A stretch of DNA of 64,000 bases, from the NCBI GenBank assembly GCA_964016885.1, contig OZ024740.1:277078001-277142000 (forward strand). The letters run 5' to 3'. The position numbers and the translations under genes were made by a program. Source of the stretch: Eledone cirrhosa. Taxonomy: Eukaryota. Numbering within the stretch: position 1 is the first letter of the stretch; every line of letters starts with the position of its first letter. A model generated the notes under the pieces. That model saw nothing but the letters and a program-made list of their open reading frames with translations, did not search any database and had not been told where the DNA came from. Positions 13,827-26,979 of this stretch are shown piece by piece.

Positions 13827-14129
13827 CAGGTACACATACATATATGCACGTATCAGTTTAGCGGACGCTTATTATAACGCCGCTTTGTTCGTTTGTAAAC
13901 AAACTGAACAGCCTGAATGTTATGCCGTACGGTGTTAAGGCAACCACGTCACCTTTTTGTTCAACACTGACACAGGAACGATGTACTAGTTTCAAGCTTG
14001 TTAGCTATCATCAGCACCGTATACCCTTCTGCTAGATAGTTGAACGTTCGAAAGTATATACTTTCCTTATGAAAATTAACGGCTGAGCAGCCTAATTTGC
14101 ATATCGAGTGAGTTAAGTCGGTGAGGCAT

Positions 14130-14197
14130 ACCGAAAACGATGAGTTGAAATAAAATGAAATTTCGTTTTCATTTTATTTCAACTTATCGTTTTCGGT
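14130..14197. repeat. Short palindrome
   Basis: accgaaaacgat.agttgaaataaaatgaaa / tttcattttatttcaact.atcgttttcggt. Confidence 0.8.
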
Positions 14198-14324
14198 ATA
14201 TATATATATGCATACTACTGTACGTCTGTATACATATATGTATGTACGTATACACACATACTTACATTTAAGTAAGTGCCGTACTAAGAGTGAGAAATGA
14301 AATTTCGTTTTCATTTTATTTCAA

Positions 14325-14386
<62 letters not shown>

Positions 14387-14546
14387 GATAAATCAGATAA
14401 AAAAACTTAAGGTATATTCTTTAATATTAAATATAGATCTATAGGATATGCATACCAACACTAACATATATATCCTAGAAACGATCGTAAAATGATGAAT
14501 TTTTTAATATAAGGTACTGTTTCTTTGTTTATTCATTATTTTATTA

Positions 14547-14651
<105 letters not shown>

Positions 14652-15111
14652 GGACATTGACTTCTTGGAGCCATGTGTAGTCGGAATTTGTACATCGTTT
14701 TTTTTTTTCGTTGTTTTTTTTGTGGGGAGTTGTTTGACTAGTCTGATTTTATCAGTATATCTCTCATAAGATGCTCCCTCTCTGTCTTACACTCACTGAA
14801 TGCACGTTTTATTTCAGCAAACATCAACATTTCATCATCACAGAGAACACATATTTAATATAATCTTTCACTGAATACAAAACGGATGGCTGTATTGTAG
14901 GTAAGAAACAATGTAGCCAGCTTTAAGTTCTACATTATAGTAAATATATTTACTCAACATAATGTATGTATACCCTACCTCCGACTTTGTACGTAGATAT
15001 AAACCTATACATATTATCTTTTTCAAGTTTGGTTCGTCTTTCATTGATCCCTTATTGACGAATCACTGGTCTACGACTAACACAAATACACACACACGAT
15101 ATATATATATA

Positions 15112-15295
15112 TAACGAAGGAATCGTGGTAAGGAACCAGATGGACCATAACGTACTCAATACTTAGGGTTGTAGAGTGGGTAATAGGAAAAAGTATGACC
15201 CCAACGGCAGAGCTCAAGCCGTCAAGACGGCTATTTCTGGACTGAAATAGCCGTCGAGACGGCTTGAGCTCTGCCGTCGGGGTCATACTTTTTCC

Positions 15296-15299
<4 letters not shown>
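15112..15299. repeat. Fold-back mini-element family H, copy 3
   Basis: ~55-bp inverted arms around ~15240 plus ~70 nt left extension, (TA)n both sides. Confidence 0.85.
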
Positions 15300-15335
<36 letters not shown>

Positions 15336-15349
15336 TATATACATATATA

Positions 15350-15630
15350 TGGCACAAGGCCAGCAATTATCCCAGTACATTACTGGTACTTTATTTTATC
15401 GACCCTGTAAGGATGAAAGGCAAAGTTAACCTCGGCGGGATTTGAACTCATTAGTTTCTACTTTTGGCACAAGGCCAGCCATTACCCCAGTGCACCACTA
15501 ATACTTTATTTTATCGACTTCGTAAGGTTGAAAGGCAAAGTTAACCTCGTCGAATTTGAACTCAGAACGCAAAGGGCCATAACTATGCTGCAAAGCATGG
15601 GGCCTGACGCTCTACCGATACTGCCAAACC
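15350..15630 (-). mobile_element. Two tandem tRNA-SINE copies (one partial)
   Basis: ggcacaaggccagc...tactttattttatcgac...aaaggcaaagttaacctcg..tttgaactca occurs twice. Confidence 0.8.
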
Positions 15631-15700
15631 AAATTTCTTTTTCCGTTCCTTCCTCTTCTTACTCTATATCTTTCTATTTCATCTTTTATTTATCATTCTA

Positions 15701-15736
15701 TCTTCTGATGAAGAACTAGTGTCCGAAACGTAAAGA
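15701..15736 (+). ncRNA. Minimal type I hammerhead ribozyme
   Basis: tctt-CTGATGA-agaactagtgtcc-GAAA-cg-TA-aaga; GUA site, palindromic ACGU stem III; degenerate relative at ~26341-26378. Confidence 0.75.
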
Positions 15737-16192
15737 CTCTTTTCTTACCATATCAAACGTTAAATTAATGCTGCCACAGACAGTGATGGGCAAAAAGGCC
15801 CAGCGACCAGTGGACAACAGAGAGACAATCCACAAGGTGGGTTGACAGGCAGATGAAATATAGAAAAGACTGAAAGAGGTGGAGGACAAGGAGTGTGTTT
15901 TGGCGCACAGAAGTGACCTGAAGAGGAAATAAAGGTTATACACACATCATCACATTTATCAGCTCTCAAACCAGGCGAAATTGGGGCATTTTTGTATCTG
16001 AAACAATACACTTTTAATATCAAGTTGAATTTTTGTTGAATAACATTGTATAGATACTTTTATAGTTTTTCCCAAAAAATGTTACTGCTAAATACGTGGG
16101 CGTTGTATACATATTCCTAATAGATTTATGCTTCATGTTTATTTTCGTGCTTTTTCTTTGGAAGTGATTTGAGACTTGTTTTAAGCAATAAT

Positions 16193-16306
16193 AATTGTTT
16201 CTACATTTGGCACAAGGCCAGCAATTATCCCAGTGCATTACTGGTACTTTATTTCATCGACCCCGTAAGGATGAAAGGCAAAGTTAACCTCGATGGGATT
16301 TGAACG
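16193..16306 (-). mobile_element. tRNA-SINE, 5'-truncated
   Basis: Family 3' half. Confidence 0.75.
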
Positions 16307-16788
16307 AGAATGACAAAACAATATCAAACATGTCATACAGATACATAATGTTGTGCATGTGCGCGTGAGTGTATGATTGCATACGTATATATGTATTTAT
16401 GCGTCATTCTATGTATATATGCGAAATATATATACAAATTGAAATAAATAGTATAACCGAATAAAATATACACTTAACCATGAGTGTTTGTGACTACCAG
16501 ATAAAGTTTTAGTAAAGAGTGCAATATTTACATTCATGTGTGCACATATATACATTAACACACATTTACAATCTATTCTTTTTTTTATCTCCCCTTTCTC
16601 TTCTGCCTCTTCTATTTTCTGTGCCCCTACTCTTCCTTTCTTTCTTTCTTTCTTTCTTATACCGATATATTTCCTTCTTTCTTTCCTTCAGTCTTTTTTT
16701 CTCTTTTGATTCTTTAATTTCTGCAACTCTTATATTACTGTTTTCTCTTTATTAATTTCTCCCTATCATTCCCCACCCCTCTCTATCA

Positions 16789-16873
<85 letters not shown>

Positions 16874-17003
16874 ACTCTTTCTATCACACTCTCTTTTTCT
16901 CGTCTCAGACATTTGTTATCAAGTGTTTCTTAAATATCAACTTACATCAACACATATATATATATATGCTTGTATATATACATACACACACACACACACG
17001 CAC

Positions 17004-17048
<45 letters not shown>

Positions 17049-17757
17049 CATATATATATATACATATATACGTAATATATATGTCAATATACATACACTT
17101 ATATATGTGTATGTATATGTATATATATATATATATATATTTATATACGTGTCTGTGTGTGTATGTATATATATATATATATGAGCACATTCACAGGCTA
17201 TATTTTCCAGCATTTATTTATTTTTTGTTCACTGCCTAACCAATATCCGCTCCACTATGCTCTAACGTAACGTCCATGGCCATATATGCTGCATCAGTGA
17301 AATTTCTTTAGTTATAATACACAACGAGGTCAAATGTGATTCATATACAAGATATCTCTATATGAATTTAACAACACTCCAATATTAATTTCCTTCTTTC
17401 ATTATAGCTATGCCTTAGAAAAAAACGTAAAAGAAATTATTTCCTGCTTATGTACCATGTAACCACTCTAATAAGCGACATATAATGTATAGTAGTAGTA
17501 AGCTAAATTCCCATTTGTAGGCTGAATATGTAACCCAGTTTCAAATCATGATTGGTAATGTTTCACTTATAGTTTGTTTATATGTCCCATTTAAATTTCA
17601 TACCTGTTGGAAAAGATTAAATCTCTCTCTCGATGCAGCCTCTAATTCCTATTGAAATCTAACACCTGTAATGCTGATTAAGTTTTTAGTTTAAATATTT
17701 AGCATATTTGTACATCTCTCTTTGTCTCTCTCTCTCTCTCTCTCTCCCTCTCTATCG

Positions 17758-17812
<55 letters not shown>

Positions 17813-17918
17813 TTAAAAAATAATGAATAAAACAATGAAACAGTTCCTTATATTAAACAAAAAAAGTTCATTATTTAACGATCGTTAAACACTACCGTAA
17901 ACTCTTGGTAGATTTATC

Positions 17919-17961
<43 letters not shown>

Positions 17962-17964
<3 letters not shown>

Positions 17965-18176
17965 GGAAAAATTTGAACAGGAACAAAACAGAGAGGCAGT
18001 ACACCGAATGTTTATTAATTTCACGCTCTGGAGAGTGGGGTGTTGGTGGGGAACGACGTTTCGGGCCTAAGCCCTTCCTCAGGTGAGAAGTGTGTGGGAA
18101 CAGCGTTCAAAGGGTGTGTAGAGGAGTGGTGGAGAGACATATAGCGAAAGGAAACGGTGCGAATGAAATTAAAAAA

Positions 18177-18178
<2 letters not shown>
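17962..18178 (-). mobile_element. Solo PLE pLTR fragment (family of 23103 element) with minimal HHR at ~18052-18085
   Basis: Minus strand cac-CTGAGGA-agggcttaggccc-GAAA-cg-TC-gt; homologous to 23108-23260 and 56962-57040. Confidence 0.75.
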
Positions 18179-18214
<36 letters not shown>

Positions 18215-18333
18215 ATTATATATATGTATATATATATATATATGTATTATATATATATATGTGTGTGTGCGTATATGTGTGTGTGTGTATTATACATATA
18301 TACATATGTATGTATGTATGTATATACGTATTA

Positions 18334-18662
18334 TCTATATATATAACACTGAAGATGTCTGTCTGTGTGTATGTGTCTGTGGGTTTGAATCCCTAAAACA
18401 CGAGAAGTACCCAACCGATATTTTTAAAACTTTACATGTGTATTACTTATGTTTCAGGGAGTGTTTGATCACCTAGGGCCCGCATTAGGTGAACAACTGC
18501 ATTTTTCCTGCTTCATCGAGGAAAATCTTAAAGATTATCCAGCCATCAGAGTATTCGGTTTATTTTTTTTACATATTGTCCACGCATGCAGTATTTCCAC
18601 GATTAGGTCTGTTGGCGGCCCGCGTTCCAAAATACCTTATCCCGTGCAACGCCGGGTAGCAC

Positions 18663-18665
<3 letters not shown>
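18334..18665 (+). mobile_element. Non-autonomous Helitron-like element
   Basis: 5' TCTATATATATAA, (CTGT)-like tract, 3' hairpin cccgtgcaacgccggg; copy at 43497-43820 (-) ends in hairpin + CTAG|T. Confidence 0.7.
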
Positions 18666-18708
<43 letters not shown>

Positions 18709-18725
18709 TGTATGTATGTATTATG

Positions 18726-18793
<68 letters not shown>

Positions 18794-19502
18794 TCGAGCT
18801 CCATATTTCTTAGATACCGTTATCTGGGACACATGGAGTTTGATTTCTCATAGCGCGCGATCGCAACTTCTTTTTCCGTTTTTATGGATCTTCATCTTAT
18901 TTTATAAGCTGTTATATAGCATCTCAGAGCACAAGCACACAATTCTTTATATTAACACTGTTCCCGCAGTGCTTCGTAAAAGTCCGAGAGATATTTGTTG
19001 ATCCTTCTATATATATTCTTGTAGAGCCGCTGTCGGTTCCGTTGACACGTGTTTCATGTGGATGAAAAGCAGAAGAGTCTGCTTCAGAAATTAACGTGCA
19101 AGTAGCTGAGCATTGCATAGGCGAAATCAGCGTGTCACAGTTGTGACAGGTACAATTTATTTTGGCCAACCCCAACTGAGTGGTGTAGAGCAGCCTGAAA
19201 TACTGTATCCTTGGTTGGACTCAAAAAGTTATAATTCTCACGAATGGAATGTCTCTAATAAAACACCAACTCAATCACAGATGACGCCTTGCTAACCAAC
19301 AACCACAACCAATACATAGGACTATACGGCACTATACATGATTACAGCTCTCTTATTAGATGTTGTTTTCGAGCCAAGTATATATAACAAGGAACTTGAT
19401 GGTGATGTTGTGATACTCACACAGCGTAAATGAAGTGACATTGACTGGACTGGGACTCTATTCTGAAAACACTAGCTTCAACGAACATGTTCTGTAAATA
19501 AC

Positions 19503-19656
19503 TGTTTCTACTTTTGGCACAAGGCCAGCAATTACCCAGTGCATTACTGGTACTTTATTTTATCGACCCCGTAAGGATGAAAGGGAAAGTTAACCTCGAC
19601 AGGATTTGAACTCAGAAAATATGGTGTCTGCCCCTCTACCGATACTGCCAATCCAC
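19503..19656 (-). mobile_element. tRNA-SINE with ~20-bp target-site duplication
   Basis: cgaacatgttctgtaaataac at 19482-19502 and 19657-19677. Confidence 0.85.
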
Positions 19657-20470
19657 CGAACATGTTCTGTAAATAACGTAGCCATAATGTTTTTCTAGGC
19701 ACCCAGGAATGAATGATTGCAATACAGGCGTCTACTAAGTGGGATTAAACTAATTGACAGATTAAGACTACTGAGCAAAAATAAGAAGAGTCAATTCAGC
19801 GGGCAACAGTTTTCCTTTACCAACTTTAACCACATGGCTTTAGACGACAAGCGTCTATTGTAGAAGGCACATGTCCAAGGTAACGCGCAGTAGAATTGAA
19901 CGCAGACTACACAGTTGTGAAGTAAAATTCTTAACCACATTGCCAATCTTGCGTCCGTACTTCAATGATTTCAACCGAAAATCTTGTATGCTTTTACAAA
20001 TTTGGTTTGGCTTTCGTTTACCACCTGCTTAAGAGTATTGTAAATTTTCTTCATATTCCTAACATTCTATCCTGCAGTTCGTTCTTGGCATACATTTCTG
20101 TACCTTTGATTTCACACTCTCCCTTACTTTCTCCCGTTTTTCTCTACACTTACTCTCGCCTTCTCCCAGCATTGGCAATCTGTGCATATTTTCATTTCAA
20201 ATGATTTCTCCCACTCCATCTCGTTCACTCAGTTTGGCAATCTGTTTGTCTGTCCGTCCATTTTTATTTGACTATTTGGCTGGCTCTACTCGATTGTTCC
20301 CCCAAACTTGTGCATCCCACACGATCTTCCACCCTCCTTCCACCATTCGTCCTTACACATACATTGTATTATATATATACATACATACACACGCACACAC
20401 ACATATATATATATACACATATATATACATATACATATATATATATATTATATATATATATAATATATAT

Positions 20471-20529
<59 letters not shown>

Positions 20530-20695
20530 GGGAGAAAGAGAGACATATATAATTACGTGTGTGTGTGTGCAGACAGCGACCTCATTTTATTTGTGAGTAA
20601 TATCTGTATCTCATTCTCAGTTTTGTCGTATGTCTATCCTAGTTTCAGGCTCTTTTCTCTCTAATAGTCTATCTCTGCCTCTCTCCGCTTTACAC

Positions 20696-20851
<156 letters not shown>

Positions 20852-21324
20852 ACACACACATACATACATACATATACACGCATATATAGACACGTATATA
20901 CTAGTGTGAAAGTCGAATTTTTAAGACAAATTTTTATGGTTAAATTTATGTGGTCGACTAATACATACTTTTGATGATACTACCTTTGAGGGGCTTGAAA
21001 ATCAAGCTAGGATACAAAGTCCCGTATCAGTAGCTGAAGCTCACCTGACCTGTAAACGAATAAAAGCAAAAAGAAACAGAATGAATTTCAGTAACGTTAC
21101 AGATTTATATATCAAAACAGACGTACTAGTAAATAACAAAATCCATGAACAAGGCCATAAGCTTTTGCGTATATTTTTATTTTCAGTCATGTATTCATAA
21201 GCTAAATTTGCTTTAAATTCATTACGATTTTGTAACAGGGTGATACCTTGACCACATATATTGGCTCGTTATCCATGAACTGTGATTTGTTTGTTTCATT
21301 CATTAACTATATATATACATATAT

Positions 21325-21530
21325 ATTAAAATAACAGATTAAAGTTTAAGCAAAGAATCGCTGCTTTCACCCTTAACGTGATCTTATGAAACTAATCCCG
21401 TTAAGGGTGAAAGCAGCGATTCTTTAATCTGTTATTTGAATAAATATTTGCTCTACGGTTCTTATATATTTCATATATATTTATCCTTATCGAGCCCTCT
21501 TTGTATTTTAGTCTTCAAATTTATTATTAC

Positions 21531-21575
<45 letters not shown>

Positions 21576-21640
21576 TCAGAAGATCCCGTTAAGGGTGAAA
21601 GCAGCGATTGTTTGCTTAAACTTTAATCTGTTATTTTAAT
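21325..21640. repeat. Inverted and direct copies of the 2210-2275 repeat
   Basis: 21325-21392 inverted, 21395-21440 and 21573-21640 direct. Confidence 0.75.
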
Positions 21641-21656
21641 AAATATATATATATAT

Positions 21657-21905
21657 GCAGAGGTTAGATTTAATTTTAAAAAAATTATAACTGATATAAA
21701 GCACTCAACAGTTTAGTGGAGTAAATATACAATATATTAATAAATGGAAACTATATTTATAAAACAATATTTATTTTATTATACATATTTGAAGGGCAAC
21801 CAAGGCAAATTATGGTGCGCTTTCATCAGATAAAATACAGATTTGTTTAAGAAATAAATATTGACATACCCGGAAAAAAGACAACCTTAACGGTTGGAGC
21901 TTCCT

Positions 21906-21908
<3 letters not shown>
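21657..21908 (-). mobile_element. Solo pLTR related to the 2326 Naiad-type PLE; HHR at 21772-21837 with GAAA mutated to CAAA
   Basis: ataactgatataaagcactcaacagttt...ggaaactatatttataaaac shared with 2370-2460. Confidence 0.75.
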
Positions 21909-21953
<45 letters not shown>

Positions 21954-21981
21954 TATATATATGTATATATGTATATTTATA

Positions 21982-22088
<107 letters not shown>

Positions 22089-22139
22089 TGATAATAAGGG
22101 CGCTGCGGAGTTGCAAATGGGTTACATATGAAAAAAGTG

Positions 22140-22243
22140 TGTCCTTCATCAGTGATCTTCCAACCATCATAGGCATTTCATGGCTTTAAAGACCATATAA
22201 CTCCGGTTGGTGCGAGCAACGAATAAAAAAAGTCGTTGGGACA
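22140..22243 (-). ncRNA. Permuted hammerhead-like structured RNA, copy A
   Basis: gagttaTA-tggtcttt...GAAAtgcct...gaagatca-CTGATGA-aggac. Confidence 0.55.
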
Positions 22244-22754
22244 CGTAAATAAAGGGGACGCGAGGGTAAACAAACAAAATGGTGAAGCAACAGAAAGTGA
22301 GGAAGAAAGAGACAAGTCCCAGATTTCTATGAATTTAAATTCGGTGAAATCGTGAACGAGAGAATAAAGACCATCAAACCTGGTTGAAATGTGAGCAAGG
22401 AAGGAATTTCGCACAGGTCTAACGGGAGGAAGAAGGGGTCTGGTCTGCGAATTCGGTAAACATAAGTTCTGTGAAATCGTAGACGAGAGAGAGAAAAAAT
22501 TCGGACCAGGTTGGCCAAGCGTGCGAGAGAAAAGAATTACACACAGGTCAAACGGGAAGAAAGAGGAGGAGGAGAGGTAGTGATAGAGAATGAGTGAGTG
22601 AAGGGTGAGGAAGAGGATAACAGAGAGAGAGACTGCTAGAAAGGGTAAAGACACAAAGAACGAAACAGACTGGTAGCAGCAGGGGAAAAAATATGTGTAA
22701 ATATGATAATAAGGGAGCTGCGGAGTTGCAAATGGGTTACATATGAAAAAAGTT

Positions 22755-22859
22755 TGTCCTTCATCAGTGATCTTCCAACCATCATAGGCATTTCATCGCT
22801 TTAAAGACCATATACCTCCGGTTGGTGCGAGCAACGGCTAAAAAAAAGTCGTTGGGAAA
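22755..22859 (-). ncRNA. Permuted hammerhead-like structured RNA, copy B
   Basis: aggtaTA-tggtcttt...GAAAtgcct...gaagatca-CTGATGA-aggac. Confidence 0.6.
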
Positions 22860-23072
22860 CGTAAATAAAGGGGACGCGAGGGTAAACAAACAAAATGGTG
22901 AAGCAACAGAAAGTGAGGAAGAAAGAGACAAGTCCCAGATTTCTATGAATTTAAATTCGGTGAAATCGTGAACGAGAGAATAAAGACCATCAAACCTGGT
23001 TGAAATATGAGCAAGGAAGGAATTTCGCACAGGTCTAACGGGAGGAAGAAGGGGTCTGGTCTGCGAATTCGG

Positions 23073-23102
<30 letters not shown>

Positions 23103-23104
<2 letters not shown>

Positions 23105-25790
23105 AATATAGTGAAAAATGGAACGGAACAAAACAGAGAGGCAAATGTTTATTAGTTTCACGCTCTTGAGTGGGGGGGGGGACGTTTCGGGTATAAGCCC
23201 TTCTTCAGGCGAAAAGTGGGTGGGAAGAGAGTTCCGAGGGTGTGTAGGAAAATGGAGGGGAGACATTTAGAAAAAAGGGGGGAGAGGAAAGGGAGGAAAA
23301 ACGGTGGAAGGGGTACAAATATAAATAAAAATAAAAAAAATAAAAATAAAAATAAACATGAAGGTAAACAAGTGGTGGAAGGGTGTGGGGTGTGGTGTAG
23401 GGTTGGTGGCGTGTGGAGTGGGGGAGAGGGAGGCGGGGTCTCCGAGCGGGGAGGGCTGAAGGTGGTGTATGTGTGTAGGTGTACGTGTGTGTGTGTGTGT
23501 ATGTGAATGTGAGAGTTGGGGGAAGAACGAGGTTCCATGTTCAGGAAAAGGTGTGTGTGTAGGGTGGTGTGTAGGTCGGTGTGTGTGTACGTGTGGATGG
23601 GGAAGGGCCAGGGGGGGGGATTCTGGAGGCTGAGTGTGTATATATGTGGGGGTACGCACCTGTGTGTTGGTGTTTATACGTTTTGTGGATGTAGGTGGCG
23701 TGGTTAGAAAAAAATGTTTGTGAGTGTATGTCCGTGGGTAAGTTCTTAAGGTAGTTCCATAGAGGATGTGAAGCGGTGCCGGATATTTTCCATGTTATGG
23801 AGTAGATAGTGGGAACAATGGCCAATGGTGTGTAATCCGTGGATGTGGAAGTCGGAAGAAGGGAGATGTGAGGTGCGCGCGCAACAAGAAGTGTTCAGTG
23901 GGTCAAGGCAGGATGAGGATGGGTAGGTGTGAAAGATGGAGTGGGGAGGGGCTCATGCGGGGAGGGGGTATTAGTAGAGGTGTTAGTGGGATGTGTGTGT
24001 GTGTATGGGTGAAGCGGGGAGAGGCAGAGAAAAGATGTGGGGACGGTGGAGGGAGTGTAGTGTAGTGGTGTGTGTGTGTCCGTGTTTGGATGAGTGTGTG
24101 TGTGTTTAAGGGGGTGTTAGTGGGTGTTAGTATACTGGTGGTGAGGAATGAGTTGAATGCGGGTGTGTTACTGGGAGTCAGTGGTGGTAGGGTGTGTAGA
24201 GTGGGTGGTGTAAGTGGGTGTGTGTGTGTGTTCGTGTGCGTGGGGTCGGGGGGATTTTAGTGGTATTAGTTGTGGGGTGGTTGGAGTGGATGTGTGGGTG
24301 AAGGTTAGTGGTGGTAGTAGGGTGTGTGGATAGTATGCGTGCGTGTATATATGCACCGGTGGGTGTGTGCGTAATAGGGTGAGGGTGGGGATGTTAGTAT
24401 TGTTAGTTGGGGGAGGGTGGTCGGGGGTGTGGTGGGGGTGTTAGTATTGTTAGTTGTGGGGTGGGCCAAGGGGGTGGACGGTGAAAAAGAGGAGTGAGTT
24501 AGTGGTGTCAGTTGGGGATCTGTGTGTGTGGGTGGGGTGGGGGTGGGGGGGTGGGGGTCGAAGGCTAAATGAATAGGGGTGGGGAGTTCAGGCCGGGTGA
24601 AGATGGTGCGTTGTTCGACCCTGAGGCGGGTGGCGGGTGTTCCGTGGCATTGGAGTAGGCCACAGACTGTGAGGTGGTGCGCGGAATGGCCAGGGGAGCC
24701 AAAGTGGCGGGCGATGGAGGAAATGCCGCCGAGACGAATATCCCGGAGGTGTTCGGTGAAACGGTTCGCTAGGCGAATTCTAGTCTGTCCGTCGTAGGTT
24801 TCGCTGCACTCCGTGCAGCGAAGTCCATCAAATAGGTGGTGGTGTTGGTGATGTGGGGGCAGGTGTTGCAACGAGGCCTGGAACAGGGAAGGGAACCGAG
24901 GGGGCAGAACAGTATGGGTTGGGGTGTAGGGAGCTGCGGACGAGGAGGGTGCGGAGATTGTGTGCGCGTTTGAAGGAGGACCAGCTCGGCGAGGCGAAGG
25001 ATGGGTGGGGGAGTGGATGGGGAGGGGAGAAGGTCGAGGTAGTGCTTGAGGGCACGTAGGCCGTCGGCGTGTGGGATGACAGTATAAAGCGACTTGATAT
25101 CTAGGGTGAAGAGGAAGGGCTGTGGGATGGGTGGGAAGGTGAAGGAGTCGTATAGGCGAAGGCGTGGTTTGTGTCGGAGATGTGGGAGGGGAGGGTGGTG
25201 ACGAAGGGGGTGAGGATGGAGTCAAGAAAGGCGGAGATGAATTCGGTGGTGCAGTTGCAAGCGGAGCCGATGGGGTGGCCGGGGTTGTCGGGTTTGTGGA
25301 ATTTGGGGAGGGAGTAGATTTTAGGGGTGCGGCGGTGCGGACGATGAGGTGGGAAGCGGTGGGAGGGAGGAGGGAAGAGGAGACAAGTTGTTGGATGGTG
25401 GAGGAAACTTGATGTTGGTAGAGGGGTGTGGGGTCGGATGGTAGAGGGCGGTAGAAGAGGGGTTACGGAGCTGCCTGAGGGCTTCAGCCGTGTAGAGGTC
25501 AGCGCGTCAGACCTCCAAGGCGCCTCCCTTGTCTGCCGGTTTGATGACGATGTCATCTCGGCAACGGAGGGAGCGGAGAGCGAGGAGTTCGCCCCGTGAG
25601 ATGTTATGCCGTTTGGACCGGTTGCGGAAGTCGAACGATTTACTGCGCTACGGCAGGCGTCGATGAACGCGTTCAGGGTGCTAAATTGCCCTGGGGTCGG
25701 CGTCCAAGACGATGGTCGTCGGCCCAGGGCGAGAAACGGGTATGGGGCGTTCGGAGCCGGTGGCGTTTGATGAAAAATATTTAATATAGA
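23103..25790 (-). mobile_element. Decayed Neptune-type PLE with internal deletion of the RT core; minimal HHR at ~23178-23212
   Basis: PKIYSLPKFHKPDNPGHPI.SACNC, LDIKSLYTVIPH, then directly FKRAHNLRTLLVRS, FPCSRPRCNTCPH (Cys linker), YDGQTRIRLANRFTEH; CTGAAGA-ggg/ccc-GAAACGTC near the 3' end. Confidence 0.85.
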
Positions 25791-25793
25791 AAT

Positions 25794-25844
25794 GGCTTCT
25801 ACAGGACTACAACTGTTTCATTCGGGAGAAATCATCAGAAAGCC
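25794..25844 (-). ncRNA. Type I hammerhead ribozyme
   Basis: ggcttt-CTGATGA-tttctcccgaat-GAAA-cag(ttgtagtc)ctg-TA-gaagcc; degenerate copies at ~10970-11020 and ~59769-59825. Confidence 0.78.
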
Positions 25845-26445
25845 GCCTGTCCAAGTAATATGGTGGTATTTATACCTTTTCTGGTGGTAGGAGAGGGTGG
25901 TGGTTGGGATGGGTGAAGGTCATTGTTTGATGGATTTATATATATACATATATACAGACACACAGCAAACGCACATGTACCTCTATATTTACCTTTACAG
26001 TTCTGTACACACACTTATTTACACGCACATTTACTCACAGCTGCGTACCTACAATCATATATACACTCTTTTACTTACATAAACACACATATTCGTACGG
26101 ACGAATAAAATAAAAGCACACACATACACAGGGTTACGCACGCGCATACGTACAGTTCTATATACAAAATGTTTCTTTTCCTATCAGATGGATGGACTCG
26201 ATCTCCCTCATTTCAAAAGAATATATCATACATCTTACGCCAGCACCAACAGTTTTCCAAGAGATGGCAACATGAATGGACCTGTAATTTCTGTCCCTAC
26301 CTCTCTCAATCTTCTATTTCTTCTTTAATTTCTCATTTTATTATCTAATGAAGGACGAGCATCCAAAACATTAAGACACTTTTCCTGCTATGTCAAGCAT
26401 GAAACTAATAATATATTTCTTCATTGTACCGTGTCGTTTGCCTTT

Positions 26446-26541
<96 letters not shown>

Positions 26542-26979
26542 CAAAGGTTTTGACATAAGAAACATTGGGAAATTTTGAAATCAAATGATCATAATAATTA
26601 ATCACCATAAATAATTAAGAACATCTTACAAAGTACCCATGGTGACAAAAAAATAAGGTCAAAAACTTATGAGTTGCATCGAACCCCGTATGTTTTGGAT
26701 GATGGATGAGAGCAGTAACCACAACGCTAGAGAACTACTGGCATCAAAACTTCTCATTTTAGCGCATCTTAACTTTGTAGCTTTCAAACTTTTAACTTCT
26801 GCATACTCTAAGCATATAGCTTCTTCTGTCAAACAATTTATTTACTTTCCTATCCACAGGCTCAAAATCTAATAAGACTGGATTGATAGCCTGTGGTTCA
26901 TTCGATTGCTCACAGTCACCTCTGACCACGTCTTTTCCATCTCCATCGTTATTTTACTCGATTTACTCAACTATTATTT

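Larger units (their letters stand above)
22089..23073 (-). mobile_element. Two tandem copies (22089-22690, 22703-23073) of TA-embedded repeat family P carrying the permuted hammerhead-like RNA
   Basis: ~370-bp direct repeat; other copies at 35815-36017 and 55516-55930. Confidence 0.85.
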
